Source: Coniocarpon cinnabarinum
Lineage: Eukaryota
Assembly (NCBI GenBank): GCA_051942205.1
Contig: JAVECO010000116.1
Coordinates: forward strand, 54,116-74,115
Length of the DNA stretch: 20,000 nt
Direction: 5' to 3'
The notes below the pieces were generated by a model. It was not told the origin of the DNA. It ran no database searches and saw only the letters and a list, made by a program, of their open reading frames with translations. Shown piece by piece: positions 18,501 to 20,000 of the stretch. Position numbers and translations under genes: made by a program. The stretch's first letter is position 1, and every line of letters starts with the position of its first letter.

Positions 18501-20000
18501 AGCATTCATCAGGACTCTGCTTCGCCAGCACGGGGAATCTATTCAACTCTCCATGCCACACAAGGATCAGTCTGCGGTCGGGACGAAGATAAGGATTGAG
18601 TTTGAAGACCTTGCAAGGAACAAGAGCTGCAGATGTGGTTGGCAAGAACGCTCCACAGCAAAATCGTGGTTCCGTGTCCGAGCAAGCAACCTCACGAGAC
18701 TTTCAAAGTCCACAGAGCAGTTTGAGTGATTCCAGGAGAGAATCTTGACAGCGGGCTGTAGACCCCATGATTCGGTGAACCAGCCTGGCAAACCCTGTTC
18801 GCAACATCATCACCGTCTTAGGCACTCACCGCGAGCAGCAGACACCACGATTCGATGAGCCAGCCTTGCATCTCTTGCTTGCAGTATCCGCATTCGCTAG
18901 GCACTCGCACCTAGCAGGGTTTCTCCAAAGGAGAACCGCTTGGGTTTGAAACCCTCAGAGACCATGACAGCTGCCAGCAACACAGTGGATGAGAGTACAG
19001 GTGGTGCAGGAGAACAACCTCGAAATGGAACATCAACAGGCAGTCTTGAACTGCCCGAAGCTGCCGAAGGCACAACCTGACACAACTCTGGTCTCAGTAT
19101 TCGGTTGGATCTTCAACTTCTTCGTGACATGGCGCTGCACTCTAGAGTATGAGCAGCGTCGCAAGGACCAGCGGCGCCGTCGGTTTGCCCGTGTCGACTA
19201 TCGGGCCCTTAGTATAGCCCGTCACGACGGCAGCCGAATCCGCGCCAACCACACCGGCTTCGATCGTCCCTCTCTGCCTGAGGCTGCGACAATTGCAGGC
19301 CGCTCTGCAAGGAGTACGAGCGACACTGCTGCTCTGCCTTCTCCAATTCCCTGCAGCGCAAGCAGCGTCTCTGTCAATTCCACTGGCAACCCCAACGCCT
19401 TGAGCGGAACGAGACTTTCTCGCTACACGACAAAGGCCTTTGAGCCAACACCCTAGGTTCTGCGCGTCCAGGACAGCCACTGGACCTGGCTCTGCCCGTT
19501 GCTAGAATCGGACATCAATCAGATACTGGATATCTCTCGTTGTTGCCAAACCCCGTGGAAGCGACTTTCCCAATGGCGACAATTTTCAGCAATAGGAAGA
19601 CCTTGTGGAAAGGATTTTTCCCAGGTCAAGGTCTTCCTGTTGTCTTGCATCGAGGTTTCTGTGCTTGGCGGTGCACGACGCCATGAGTGCGAGAAGCGCC
19701 GGACGTTAACAGTGACGCAAAGTTCATCAGGATTGAAGTTTTTAAGGTGATAGAGGTCTTAATTATGAGTATATGAATCTTAAGTACATTACCGTTATTC
19801 AGGAGGTCTTCTGAATGTGTCTGTATTTTTGAGAATCGTAGACGTAGTATCACAGTTGGATGAGCTATCTTTCATGCCATCTTCCGTGCCACCGTCCGAA
19901 TCATCTTCCAAACTATCATCCACTTGCTAGATATCATCCAGCAGAGTCAAAACATCCCTACGCCACCCCCAAAATACCCACAAGCAACCCCCTCCACCGT

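Larger units (their letters stand above)
16950..19750 (+). pseudogene. Probable decayed large repeat-containing protein gene or genes
   Basis: Repeat families C and D show many synonymous differences between copies in plus frames, yet carry stops and frameshifts. Frame 18599-19750 (ORFs 18989..19456 and 19499..19750) has 5 internal stops in ~380 codons. Boundaries are approximate. Confidence 0.4.

Noticed and set aside
1..20000. Starship captain (DUF3435 tyrosine recombinase), telomerase RNA template or spliceosomal snRNA
   Set aside because: I saw no tyrosine-recombinase ORF, no TAACCCTAA-type template in a plausible context and no snRNA hallmark motifs.

Overview
Eukaryotic, intron-containing DNA of a filamentous ascomycete, judged from GT-AG introns of 45-130 nt with CTRAC/CTRAY branch points and RIP-like TpA patches. 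There are three zones. (1) 0.6-7.3 kb is an accessory-looking cluster: a PD-(D/E)xK nuclease-like gene (DUF7924-like), a RIP-like mutated ORF relic, and a head-to-head pair of a stand-alone retropepsin-like aspartyl protease gene (-) and a DUF6594 membrane-protein gene (+). A 302-bp element with 67-bp inverted arms begins at the DUF6594 stop codon. (2) 7.9-11.3 kb holds two conserved single-exon genes, a FAF2/Ucp10-type UBX protein and a nitrilase. They are followed by a spliced 43-aa membrane microprotein missed by the ORF track and a candidate structured Pol III-type ncRNA. (3) 12.7-19.8 kb is gene-poor, with decayed reading frames, four families of degenerate direct repeats (two with a protein-coding substitution signature) and a 22-bp hairpin. 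All gene models and family calls were made by eye; no database search was run.
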